Below are positions 26,410 to 38,500 of a stretch of DNA of 64,000 bases, piece by piece. The notes below the pieces were generated by a model, which did not search any database, was not told where the DNA came from, and was given only the letters and a program-made list of their open reading frames with translations. Position 1 is the first letter of the stretch, and each line of letters starts with the position of its first letter. The stretch lies in the NCBI GenBank assembly GCA_047967505.1, contig CM106538.1. The stretch is one strand, 5' to 3'. The DNA is from Dipteris shenzhenensis (Eukaryota). The translations under genes were made by a program, and so were the position numbers.

Positions 26410-27300
26410 ATAGATAATGACCTATGAAGCCTACACAAGAATTGTCGAGATCCATCTCTCCTACAAAAGGCCTCCCTCCCAACTTTGAATAGGCCCATTT
26501 TACATTGGGCAAGGTGATCACATGTACCATCATAATACTAGCTTGAAGGGTGCAATCCTTGAATATGTGTACTACACCACCAAAAATGGACCTCAGAGGG
26601 TGATTATAGTACAATTCAATTCCATTGATAAACAAACTCTCCAATTTATATACCAAAGGTCTTAAGAATGCACCTAAGATATCTCAACATTCTTAATAAT
26701 TTTCTTACAACTAAAGGGTATAGATATAATAGGTAGAGCTTCTATAATAGGATTACATTTTCTAGCATTCAATATACTGCAACCACACCACACTCTTTCC
26801 AGGTTGTTCGTGAAGCTTGAAATCCATCATTGAAGTGAATAGAAAGTCTATAATTTCAAGAATCTCCCTACAAATAATATTGAATAAGAAAACAAAATCC
26901 AAATGAATATAAATTACAATGCATGTACGAATATGAGAAAACAAAGCAATACAACAAAAATTTTACTCACCTTCACTAGATTTCAAGATTTGTCCATAAA
27001 TGAATTTGTATAGCCTTTCCTCTTCATTTCAAGCACCACATAATGCTTCTTCAACATGTGACTTTTAAAAATGTCTATATGTCTTTTTACAATAGGCCTT
27101 ATCACATATTATAGGTAGTTCAAAAGTTGAGTTTGGATCCCAAAACTCATGAGTATCTCTAATTTTCTAACCATCTCAAAAATTACATATGTACTCTAGA
27201 GAGTCTACTCAATCATGTATCCTTTTTTTACCACATGTGTAAGGACAAATTGCTCTGTTCTTTGTCACATGAGTCTTGATTACAGACCTAGTGGAATATA
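26410..27300 (-). mobile_element. Very degraded Ty3/gypsy integrase-like fragment
   Basis: HEQPGKSVVWLQYIE and IELYYNH resemble the W...L...EFAYN region of gypsy integrase. Many stops. Confidence 0.3.
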
Positions 27301-29351
27301 ATTGAAGGTTACACATATCTTTCCTTTTCATGTGGCATAATTTACCATAAGAGAATCTAGTGGCGATCTCAATTTACCTTCATGAACAACGAAGTAAGGA
27401 CTCTCTGAGTCCAAGATGCAATAAATGCATCTGAACCGTGGGCGGGCAATCTTGCTTGTCATGCATCTCAACCGTGGGCGGGCAATCTTGCATGTCCATG
27501 GGCCTTGGGCATGCCCACGGGTAGGCAAGTGTGTAAACGCCCAGGGAAGAACATTGTGAATACATATTAACAATGGAAGGGTGCTTATTAATAACACAGT
27601 AGTAGCACAGTGGCCACTTGGTAACCACATTCTCGTCCATGAAGAAGAAGACATGGAGGAGGTGACAAACAAGCAATAGGAAAGAGGGCGAGTGAGCAAA
27701 ATAGGGGTAGGATGCAAAAAGACAAGGTGGATGACGTTGGAACTGTGAAGGAGCTTCGAATGGTGCCAGAGACCACCTACAAATCGGCAGAGTGAAATGA
27801 AGGCAGAATGAATGAAGAGCATAAAAGTCATAAGAGGGGACCCAACTTTGGGAGCCAGCCAACAAGTGCACCAACCACAAATTAATAGGTTCATCCTCCA
27901 TGCATTCCCACTAAGGGTGCCTTGCAAAATCTATGGGCCCTGGGTCCGCAAAGTGGTTTCAATCCCTATATGTGGCTCAGGGGATGGTTGTTGCTGACCA
28001 TCCCTTCCCATAAACATACTAGTGTCAAAGGGATTCTCCATGTCTGGTGAATCCATCGGACCTAACTGTCCAAACATGTTGGTTAATGTACCTCTCAACT
28101 TGGACGCTATAGAAGCTGGAGCAGGAGAGTTGGGGGAAGCCAAACTAATGAAGGGGGCTTCGAAAGCCCTCAGACCTGCAGGGTCTTACATCTCCTCGTT
28201 CCATATCTAGCATTATCCTCTGAAAGAAGAGTGGTGTCCTTGGTGATGACAAAAGCACAAGCCGTAGAAGTCGAGTCCATTTGTTTTGATCTTTTAACAA
28301 ATGATCCAACGCTGAGATTTTGGTCTGGAATTGAAAAGCCACTACAAACACGTGCTGCTTCACCACCACCACATGATTTAGAAGATGATGGTGAGCCAAT
28401 GGGACCCTTGCCTCCTATAGCTGCCAAAGATATTGCTAATATTCCTCTTGTTATGTCTCTGGATGAATTGTAAAGGGATCTATGGCATGTCAATTGTAGT
28501 TCAAAAATAGTAGTATCGACCATTTCAAAAATATAACACTGCTCATGAGGATTTGTTTGGAAACCATTGTTCCCTCATACAAATTTGGCCACAAGGTCAA
28601 AACTTCGCTTTGCTCCATCACAATTGATCTTGCACACCACCTTACTTTCATAAAGTTTTGGCCACATGGTCAAAACTTCTCTAATGATTTATGATTATGT
28701 TGGCAACTTCTAGTCATCATAAAGGTTTGGCCACATGGTCAAAACTTTTACAAGCTTTATAAGTGTGTATATACTATCTTGAGAGAGAGAGAGAGAGATT
28801 TTGATATTGTGTGGGGGGAGGGAGTGGGAGCGATACAACATGTGGTAGAATTAGTTATTCCAAAAATATTTTACTAACTAAGAGCTCTCATTTAAGTTGT
28901 TGATGTAGAGGTAAACGTACACGGTACAACTCTCACTTATATTTCTTATAAAGTTCATTTCTATTGTAGCCTTTAATATGTGTTTGAATTCACAAAAGCT
29001 ATTGAAGTCATGGGACGAACTAATATAAAAGGTTCAATTGGAGGTTAACTTTGCATCATGCATGTTGCATTTTGTAGAAACTAGGCAGCATGTAGCATTC
29101 ATTTTGGCTGTCCCTAAAGTTCTTGCCTTGGGCTCAGTGATGCTTATCATCACAGCGGGTGCATGTGCTAGGTGTGGACTTGGATTTATAGCAAATGATG
29201 ATATGGTCGGTGTTTGCATGCTTTCCTGATCTCGCCTCAAAGTTTTGCTCTCATTACCATTCTCCTATCCTCATCCTTACACCTTCCATTTTCCTTTAAT
29301 AAGTATCTTTTTCCCTCTATATGAAATCCTTTTCCCTCTAGATATATATTT

Positions 29352-29353
<2 letters not shown>

Positions 29354-29429
<76 letters not shown>
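29354..29429. repeat. (CT)n microsatellite
   Basis: Directly visible. Confidence 0.98.
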
Positions 29430-29431
<2 letters not shown>

Positions 29432-30028
29432 ATGTATTTATCTATCTATATATCCTTTAAGTAGATACCTTTGCAAAAGGCTTCGTCTTGCAGTTACTCC
29501 CCAAGCCTTCTACTCGCACTTTTGTGATGGTCGTGGAGGGCACAATCATGAGTCTCATGGTGGTCCATTTCTTTGTTTGATTTGCCTTTCCATGTATACT
29601 GCCTATTTCAACATCCTTCCCTCGACATTTCCCCTCCACTCACCCCCCATTTTTTTAAAACTTCACTAATGTTTTCCCCTCCCTCATACCTTATTTTCCT
29701 CTTTATACATACAAACCCCACCTCCCCTCTACCTATAACTACTAATTCCTAAATCCCCTCTCCATTCCTATAAGCACTAATTCATATATTTATATGTGTA
29801 TAGGCACACACATGCATGCCTATACACAAACATGCACATGCTATCTGAACCACTCTCAAAAGAGACAAAATAATTTTTCCAAATGTGACATCAACTCTCC
29901 ACTAAAGCACTCCCTCGAGGGAGGAAGCGCTAACAAAGCATTGCTTTTTTATCTCGCATACATGTTTGATCAAGGTGCTAGAAGCAGAAGATAATCAAGA
30001 TCATTGATTGGGATACCCAAAAACATTA

Positions 30029-30359
30029 TCTGATACCATGTGGTAATGAAATAGAGATGAAGAAGAAAATGGATATGCGTGTATGTAAGAATGAAGGAGT
30101 TTTGAGATAGAGAAGAAGTGATTGAAACCAAGCACTATATTATTGCATTGAAACAGTGTTCATGTAGAACGTCCACCAAGAAGTGGCTACTCTAACATAG
30201 CACTATATTATTGCATTGAAACTGTGTTCATGTAGAACATCCACCAAGAAGTGGTTATTATACACTTGTAACAACCTTGCATGAGTGTACAAGAGGAGTG
30301 ACTTATTGTAACTTAGTACATAAGCATATTGAGATTTAGGTACATCAACGTCTCTAACA
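30029..30359 (-). mobile_element. Isolated LTR with Met PBS remnant
   Basis: tctgatacca (reverse complement of TGGTATCAGA, 30029-30038) abuts TG at 30039, and the segment ends ...ctctaaCA at 30359. It has an internal ~70 bp duplication. Confidence 0.6.
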
Positions 30360-30426
30360 CCAAATATGTGGCTAATACAATGCTATGATTCATATGTGGC
30401 TAATACAATGCTATGATTCATATATG

Positions 30427-31677
30427 TCAAAGAGAGGGAACCCCCACAAGACTACCATTCAGGATCCAATGACACACAGGAGTCTGTCCTGGCGTCACCC
30501 CCAATGCCTTCAACACAAGGTGATCCTTTCGCCAAGCACTTGTATCCAAGTGGCAAGCAACTATGGCATGTACCACATCGTTCTGCTTCCCGGGCGAGGG
30601 AGCAAGCATCACCTCCACATCGTATACTTTAGTTGGGAATAGATAGTGGCAAAAATGCAACTCGAATGGAAATATCAGCTTATGGCAAACGACGTTTGCA
30701 TCGCTTCCGTTGTTGAGGTCCTTGATGGAGAGGATTCTCGCCATGGAACGCGGTGCAAGATCCGAGGTGAGAAGCATGAAGGAGGGAGTGCGAAGCTTGA
30801 CGGCAATGAACTGCAGCATGGATTCGAGGGAGGCTGGGCAGAAGGTTTGAGAAGAAGGACTAGAGGAATGAAGAGCGCAGAGCGTGAGGGAGGAGCGCAT
30901 GGCTTCAGCCATGGTTGAGTTCGCAGAAATGCCAAAATCGAGGAGCAGGCGGGAGAGTTGAGATGGCGAGAGGGGGAGAAGCACCTCCGCGATGGGGTTA
31001 GGGAGGAAGGAACGAGATGGGATAGGATTTTGAAGGTCTGGGAGGGATATGGTGGCTCCTGTAGAGAGTTGATGTGAGAGGAAAAAAAGATTAACATCGA
31101 CGTTAGGCGCGTTTTCGTCAACACAACAAATGATGCAACAACAATGACAGTCCATGATCTGTCCGCCTGTCGGGAGGTTGGACTGACAGAGAAGTCTACC
31201 CTTGCTGCAAAATGTTTGCGAGGAATTGGTGAGAGAGCCTGAATTGGCTAATTGATCGACCCATTTTTGTGTCTCCTGGCTATCCAATGGAGACTCTGAA
31301 GCTACAAGCCAAAGCGGGATTTGTTCCTTGTATTTATACTTGAGCGAGCACACGCTTTCCTGCATCAACGCATGAATAAGCAAAATTAAGCGAACACACC
31401 TCAAAAAATTTGAGCACAATGATATTGGACGAGTAGTAGCATTAGTCAGCAACAACAACGGTATCATTAACCAACAACAGCGCTGTATAATTACCAGCAA
31501 CGACAACAGTATCATTAACCAGCAACAGCGCTGTGTAATTAATCAGCAACGACAATAGTATCATTAACCAGCAACAGCGCCGTATAATTACCAGCAAAGT
31601 CATGGGGACAGACTTACCAGAAACAACAAGCACCCCCCAAGACACAGCGCAAGAAAGAGACTCCGTGGATTTGCCAT
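30427..31677 (-). CDS. Secreted BURP-domain protein, polygalacturonase-1-beta-like; exons 31677-31618 and 31359-30427; ~330 aa
   Basis: Exon 1 encodes a signal-peptide-like MANPRSLFLALCLGGCLLFL, followed by a phase-0 GTAAGT..TGCAG intron. The BURP domain has its FF start (LFFLSHQL), SRSFLP, CPASLESM and four CH motifs (VCHKLIFPFELHFCH..ACHLDTSAW..VCHWI). The ORF is intact. Confidence 0.93.
31445..31597. repeat. ~49 bp tandem repeat (3 copies) in the BURP intron
   Basis: cagcaacgacaacagtatcattaaccagcaacagcgctgtataatta is repeated. Confidence 0.9.
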
Positions 31678-32299
31678 TCTATGGGATATTGATCTTGCGT
31701 TTGCTGCTTTCGACGTTAAATACTGTGTGCTATCCGTTTTGCTGCTGCGTTGCAGGCATCCATCTACCTCTTTTGCCTCGCCCCCTCACCTTGTCGAAAG
31801 CTGTACTCAAAGAAACGACATTCTCGGCGAGACATTCTCGGCGAGGAGGGGCCTAAAATTCGAGGACTCAAATGAAAATATATTGGAATATCATTTGAAA
31901 GAATAAGTTTCTTGTTATTTCTTGTTATTTCTTGTTAAATATGAATATCATACTCTTGTTATTTCTTGTTAGCACTCTCTTGTCTATTTTTATGTGTTTC
32001 ATTTCTAGCCTCGAGCTGAAGTACACGTTTTTTGTGCTGCGTATGCCTCATTTTTCCCAAGTTCCTGTAATACACCTCATTGGACAGGTTGTTTGGGTTT
32101 TTTTATTGCAGCGGGTGGACGCTGTTCCATGTCGTTGATAAGATCACACTTTTCACTGGATGCCAATGGCCGTTCGTCGCTTGCGTTTGTCAAGTAGCAG
32201 GTTGTGTTACTCACTACCGTGCTATTGTATGAGGAGCCCATTTGAGATTGTGCCTACAGCAGCGAGTTGATGCTCTCTTTGTTTTGTGTGTACATGTCC

Positions 32300-33200
32300 T
32301 TCCATGTTTGGACTATTCCCTCTAGGTTGTGTTCTTTGGAATGGAATGGCAAGTACAGCAGGCACAGTTCCCTGTAGTGATCCTCCGAATCTTTTATCTT
32401 GTTATAGTTATTGAAACGTATTATTCTTTTTTTCCCCTTTTTTTAGTGTGTCCTTGTTTTACATTGTAGGCACTTGCAAAGGCTGCCAAGGATACATGAT
32501 GCAATTCTTTCTATCTCTTTGAATACTTAGTAACAATGTCATAAAAAAAGATGTCAGTGCTATCTAGATGCAACGACTCAAGTTGTGTGTGTCTTTTCAG
32601 TAGCAATGCTCTGTCAGCTGGTGTGCTCGTGTTTATGTAGATGAATTCTCTTGTAGTACTTGTTAGTGGCAGCGAGAGGCATAGGTACACTGCCTGTTGT
32701 GCACTGATGTGTTGAGTATTTAATATTATATTTCCAACCTTGTGGACATGTTCATTGACTGTTGAATTGTCTTGGAAGCTCGGAATGATCGCGTTCTTGA
32801 CCGTATTTTGTCTCCTTATCAACTTTGGTTATATATGATGTGCAATATGATGTTGCACCATGAGGGTTTAGAACGAATTGTATGTTGGTGTTAGCACCCC
32901 ATAGTTTGCTCATTGTCGGATTGAGATTATTCGTACATATATCCTTTGGATCTCTTTTCATGAATATTTTTGGTTGCGAGATACTGCTTCTCAATACGAT
33001 TTGGTATTCCGACTTAGAGAGATTGATCTTCTCAAGGAATGAATCAAAAGTGAGCATTGGCAATTTTAGAGTTTTGGAATCGCTATCTAGAGAATTGGAC
33101 AAAAGTGCCTTTCTTGTATGCGGAGTTCTAAAGTTAAGCGAGTAATCTTCGATCCAGCTTTTATGTTATCCTTCATGAAGTGTGGCATCATACCCATGTG
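32300..33200 (-). mobile_element. Helitron2/Helentron-type RepHel pseudogene fragment
   Basis: KRDPKDICTNNLNPTMSKLWGANTNIQFVLNPHGATSYCTSYITKVDK; ILNTQHISAQQAVYLCLSLPLTSTTREFIYINTS; EDHYRELCLLYLPF. Confidence 0.85.
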
Positions 33201-35119
33201 AATTTTTTCCTTTCATAGCCATCCATCTCATTCATAATATAATGCATGTGCGTTACTGCATTATCGTTTTCCATTGAAAAACCTCATACTACAATGCTTG
33301 TTTACAAATTGAGCATACTTCTCAAAAATTGCATCATCGATTGCCACAGAAAATATGGCAGACCCGGATACAGCTGCATTGAATGTGTCATCCTCCCTCC
33401 CTTAGACACGCACGTTGATTCATGTCAATTCGAGGAGGTTACTACCCATGAACCTTCTTGGTGATGGAAGTTCTTTGGAGGCATTTCATATACAACCATC
33501 CAACTCTTTAATGTAACTACCACATGCTAGACTACATCTCTGTATTCTGTTTGTAGCCACATCCCCAAAATTCAATCTACATTGGAGTCCTCCTTGAGAT
33601 ATAATGTGGTATTATTCTTTATCTATGTGTGCTACTCTTGTTCTCTAATGTAGGAGTATTGGATCTTCTAGTAGGTGAATTTCTAGACTATTATGAATTC
33701 CCAAGTGGATTTGAATTGCTTTCAGAGGTGGATATGGTGTTAATGGTATCCGCTGTAGTAGGAATAATGTTTGTCAATAGGTGTTATTTACTTTTTTCAT
33801 TCTGTAGGCTCTGACATTGTAGAACTAGATCTCATTTTGCTGGTTTAGTTGAATTGATCATTGGAAATTCATTTGGAGTATCGGATCTTATAGTAGGTGA
33901 ATTTGTAGAATGTTATGAATTCCCAAGTGGATTTGAATCGGTTTTAGAGGTGGACATGGTGTTAATGGTATCTCTTGTAGCCAATATTTGTGTTTTTATT
34001 CCTTGTGTAGCATTTGTACATGTCCTGTGTACTTCATCTCATGATATTATTTATTTGTTTACCTTTTATTATGGAGTAGAGGATACCGCTTCCTCAAATG
34101 CACCATTGATTATGACTCTGTGCTTGAGAACTTCAAAGCATGGTTGGATTTCTAAGATAGGAGGCATTAAGAAAGCTAGCAGCACAAAGTCTCTAAGGAA
34201 AGCATTTCTTGTAGCAGCCAAGCAAGCATATGTAGAAGGTAAGGTTATGTGGGCTTTGACTATAATTTCTTTTGTATGACAACGATTGTTTGGGTGCATA
34301 GATATTCTAACCATGGGGTCCAATTGTGTTCTTCTCTGCAGGATTTTATTACAGAAATCGTAGGCTATGTGTGTACTATTGCAAATATGGTACGTGCACT
34401 AAGAAGTCAGGAGGCAATGTTCCTGTTAGGTTTTTTTGATAGCAGATTTTTCCATTTGCAAACCACCTTCAACCCACGAAGTGAGGTAGTAGACCTTTTG
34501 GAGATGGAATACTTGTGAATAGATCTTGTGCAATGTAATAACTTTGTTGTTTCTAGATAGTGGACAGTTACCATGCTGTATTTGTATTCTGAAACAACCT
34601 TTCTTTAATATAAGATCATCTAATCTAAAATTTAATTCCATCTTCTCTCCCATTGTGAGTTTTCATTCATCTAATCTATAATTTAATTCCATCTTCTCTC
34701 CCATTGTGAGTTTTCATTCATATTGTGATTAATACTCCAAACTGAATTTTCTATTTATCATAAGTTTGAATAGCTTGGGCATAGACTTCAGTACTGATTT
34801 TTATGCAACCTATATGCTATCATTCTATGGGCAAAATATCTTGCACAGCTGGTCTTTCATTTGCTTGTTTGATGTTCATATAATGTGCATGTATGTGTAC
34901 GTGCAACAAGCAAAAACTCCATTTTGAAAATTGAAACATCTAACGAAGTCAACTTGTTGAGTGATCTTATAGTTACATCCATTGGCCAGCCCCCATCGCG
35001 ATCCCTAGAGCGCAACACAACAGCTCTAATTACTGCTCCACCTAACTTTGTGCGAGGTGGGAACGCACTTCTAGTACTCTGAATTGCTGTTGTCCGAGTT
35101 TGTGCGCTTTTGCTTTGCA

Positions 35120-35556
35120 TTTGAGGGGAGACTGTTGGTTAAGTATGGGACTTACAAGCACAGGGAGGCATCTTACCCCACATGTTTGACACTGTCACTT
35201 TGGTTGTGCCACATATGTATGTTCTGCAGTATAGGGATGCCCTAGTGATTGATTCATTTTACCGGATCGAGGGACCGACCATTGTGAAGAAAACTATGGG
35301 TAAAGGTGGAACATGCAGCTTGTCTCTCCATGTAGATGCTACTATGGATGTCAGTAGAGGAGAACCCTTTGATGGTGTGCTTTCGATGCTCCTTGAGATG
35401 ACAATTTCTTGCTACGTCCCCTGAGCTTCATCCATTGTTCGCACAGCTAGAGGAACAGTCTCCATAGTTGTTGGTACGGTAGCGTTTGTCATAATAAAGG
35501 TAGACGTTGATAGCTTGACAATAGCTGACGGGCCCTTTCATGAAGACCAAGAAATT
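35120..35556 (+). pseudogene. RPA70-like OB-fold remnant (Helitron-associated); likely continues at 40930-41700 after the Copia insertion
   Basis: VPHMYVLQYRDALVIDSFYRIEGPTIVKK resembles the I...F...L.EG..Y.I.NF.V pattern of Helitron RPA-like OB folds. A GTAAGT donor lies at 35557. Confidence 0.4.
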
Positions 35557-35578
35557 GTAAGTACCTGTATGTTGTTAT

Positions 35579-38500
35579 TGTTGAGATATCGAGCTATACT
35601 CGTGATATGCCAAGGTGACCGTTGTGCATTTATGTCGTCGACTTGATAGCTGCAGATGCGGTTGGTACACCGCCCATGAATAATAGCTGGATGACCGCTA
35701 TATCCTTATGTACTCTAGTTAGTGGCTCAATTAGTATGCCACCTAGGTTAGCTGAGTTTGGTTTAAAACCCCAGTCTGTCATGCTAGAACAAAGCACATT
35801 GAGGTGCATTATCACTATGTGCAGAAGAAGGTTCTAGTAGGTTTTATTGATCTAGTTTATGTCAGCATAGACGATCAGGTAGCTAACATATTCACAAAGG
35901 CATTGGGTGCAGAGAAGCTACGCAAGTTCAGAGACCTGCTTGGTGTGCAGGAATTGGGATTGAGCTCGAGGGGGAGTGTTGAGATATCAAGCTCCACTCA
36001 TGATATGCTGGGGTGACTGTTGTGCATTTATGTCACCGACTTGTTAGCTACAGATGCAGTTGGTACACTGCCCATGAATAATAGCTGGATGACAGCTATC
36101 TTTATATACTCTAGTTAGTGGCTCAGTTAGTATGCCACCTAGGTTAGCTGAGTTTGGTTTGAGAACCACATATAGGGTTCACCTATTCCTTTTGTACTTA
36201 GAGAGTTCTTTTGGCTTTCACAATGAAGAAGAGGAAAGGTGTTTTCAGCCTCCACCTTTGTGTGTATTCCCCCATTGTGTATGTGAGAAAGCCGTAAGTG
36301 AGACTCCTTCCTTCTCTCCCACTCTCTTCACATGGTATCACAGCTCAGTTCATGGTAAGAAGCTCAAGAAACCAAACCAAGTTCGCAGTGTCTTGGTAAG
36401 AGGATCAATGTTGCTTTCCTTTTTCGAGTTTGGGAGCAAATCTCTGCAGGTAGCATAGCCAGAAAGTGCAAGAGTGCACTGTCTCATATTAGGACACCCT
36501 TCACAGTGTGGCAAGAGGGCAGTATATGTTGTGGGAGAGGGCAAAGCCTAGGTGACATTATTTTTTTGATTCAAGGCCATTTTGGGGCTCGTTTTTGTGG
36601 TGGAAGTTTTTCGCAGGCACTCAGAAAAGCGCATTGTTTTTGCTGTGCGACCACTATTCTGCAAGTCAGTGAAAAGTTACCATAGAAATTGCATCATATG
36701 GCTATGTGCAGAGATATTGGGAGTGACAGAATCATTCTTATTGCCTGTTGATGCAAAATCGTCACTAGGAAGTGACTTGTGGTCAAATACCACTTTCGTC
36801 AGTTTTGCAGATTTGCCCTTGTGAGATAGAACTTGTGTTTTTTGCAGTGACAGAATATTTTTGTAGTGTTCTATAATGGCATCTAATGCTCTTTCACAGA
36901 TAGTCACTGAAAAGATTGACAAGAACAACTTCCAAGCATGGAAGTTTAGAATGATAAATTTCCTTAAGGGAAAAGGCTATTGGGAGTTCATTATTAGAGC
37001 TGAACAAGAACCAGTTATTCCTAATGTTCCCAATCAATAGGAGTTGTAGGCATTTAAAGGATGGCATGAGAGAGCCAGAAAAGTTATGTACTGGCTGTTT
37101 ATCCGTATTTCAGATTCTATGATTGTGCATATTCAGGATGCAAGCACGCCGAAGGAGGCATGGGATACTTTGACAAAAATATATAGCACAAATACGCAAG
37201 CTAGGAAAATGCAGCTCAAGTAGGAGTTGCATAATGTGTAGAGAGAAAATATGAGCATCAATGACTACCATATGAAGGTGAAGAAGATTGCAGATGCACT
37301 TGCTTTCATTGGGTCGCCAGTGGAAGATGATGATTTAGTTTCTGTGACCTTGAATGGTCTAGGAAAGGATTATGCACAATTCCAGACATCCATTGCCGTC
37401 CGTGAGAATTTTCCTGATTTTGGGGAGTTCATTGCTCTTCTAATTTTTGAAGAGCAGAGAAATGGTGGTGCATCTTCTTCAGGAGGAACTTCAAAAGAAA
37501 CTGTCTTCTACTCAAATGCTGGAAGAGGTAGAAGTAGAGGTAGAGCAAGCCGATTTGGAGGCCATGGCAGAAATCAAAATATGCAGCAAATTCAAGAAAA
37601 CCAGTCCTATGGAGGAGGACATGGTAACTTTAGAGGCAGGGGGAGCCAAAGAGGTTGTGGTGGATGGCAGAGAGGCCAAAATGCAAACAACAATGTTGAA
37701 TGATACTACTGTGGTAAAATGGGTCATGTGGTTAAAGACTGAAATAAAAAGTAGAATGACATCATGACTGAAAAATTACAGCAAGGCAATTATGCATCCT
37801 CTAGTAGACAGGGTGATGACAGAAATAAGCATTTGTTTATGGTGCAGCACGTGACCAATTCTGTGACAAGTGTAAAAGAAAGCAATAATGTGTGGTATGT
37901 TGACTCAGGTGCGTCAAATTACATGACAGGTCATGCAAAATGGATGCAGGATGCAAGGAAAATGGAAAGACCAGGATTTGTGGAGACTGGTGATGATATT
38001 GCACATCCTATTGTGTAGATTGGTAAAATTCCTTTGTTTATGCAAGACGGGAAAAAGAAATACATGCCTGATGTATTTCATGTCCCGAATATCACCAAGA
38101 ACCTAGTTTCTGTTGGTCAAATGGTTGAGCAGGGCTTACGGGTCAGATTTAATCCTCATGGATGCTTTGTTGAGGATATGAAAAATAAAGGTCACTTGAT
38201 AGCAAAAGGGAAGAAGGGTAGGGTGTTTACGTTGGATGTGGCCATGCCTGAATTGAGTGCAGCAATGTTTGCACATGGGACCGGTGTAGTTGTAGATATT
38301 GATATCTGGCATAAACGCATTGGTCATGTTAATGTACAGCGACTTCAATTCATGCAGGCCCAAAATATTATTGCAAGATTGCCTCAGTTCAAGGTTGCAG
38401 AAATGCATAAGGTATGTGAAGCTTGTCAATTTGGAAAACAGGCAAGGAAACCATTTCCTAGACATGTTCAATAGAGTAAGAGGCTAACCCTTCTACTCGT

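Noticed and set aside
27328-28760. Cluster of 100-200 aa ORFs, three ggccacatggtcaaaactt-type repeats and an LTR-like tgtaaacgccc end
   Set aside because: I could recognise no domain, paired LTR, PBS or TSD. It is likely retroelement debris and is left unassigned.
31360-31515. N-terminus of the 362 aa ORF-track protein
   Set aside because: It lies in a repeat-containing intron. The real start is more plausibly the signal-peptide exon at 31677.
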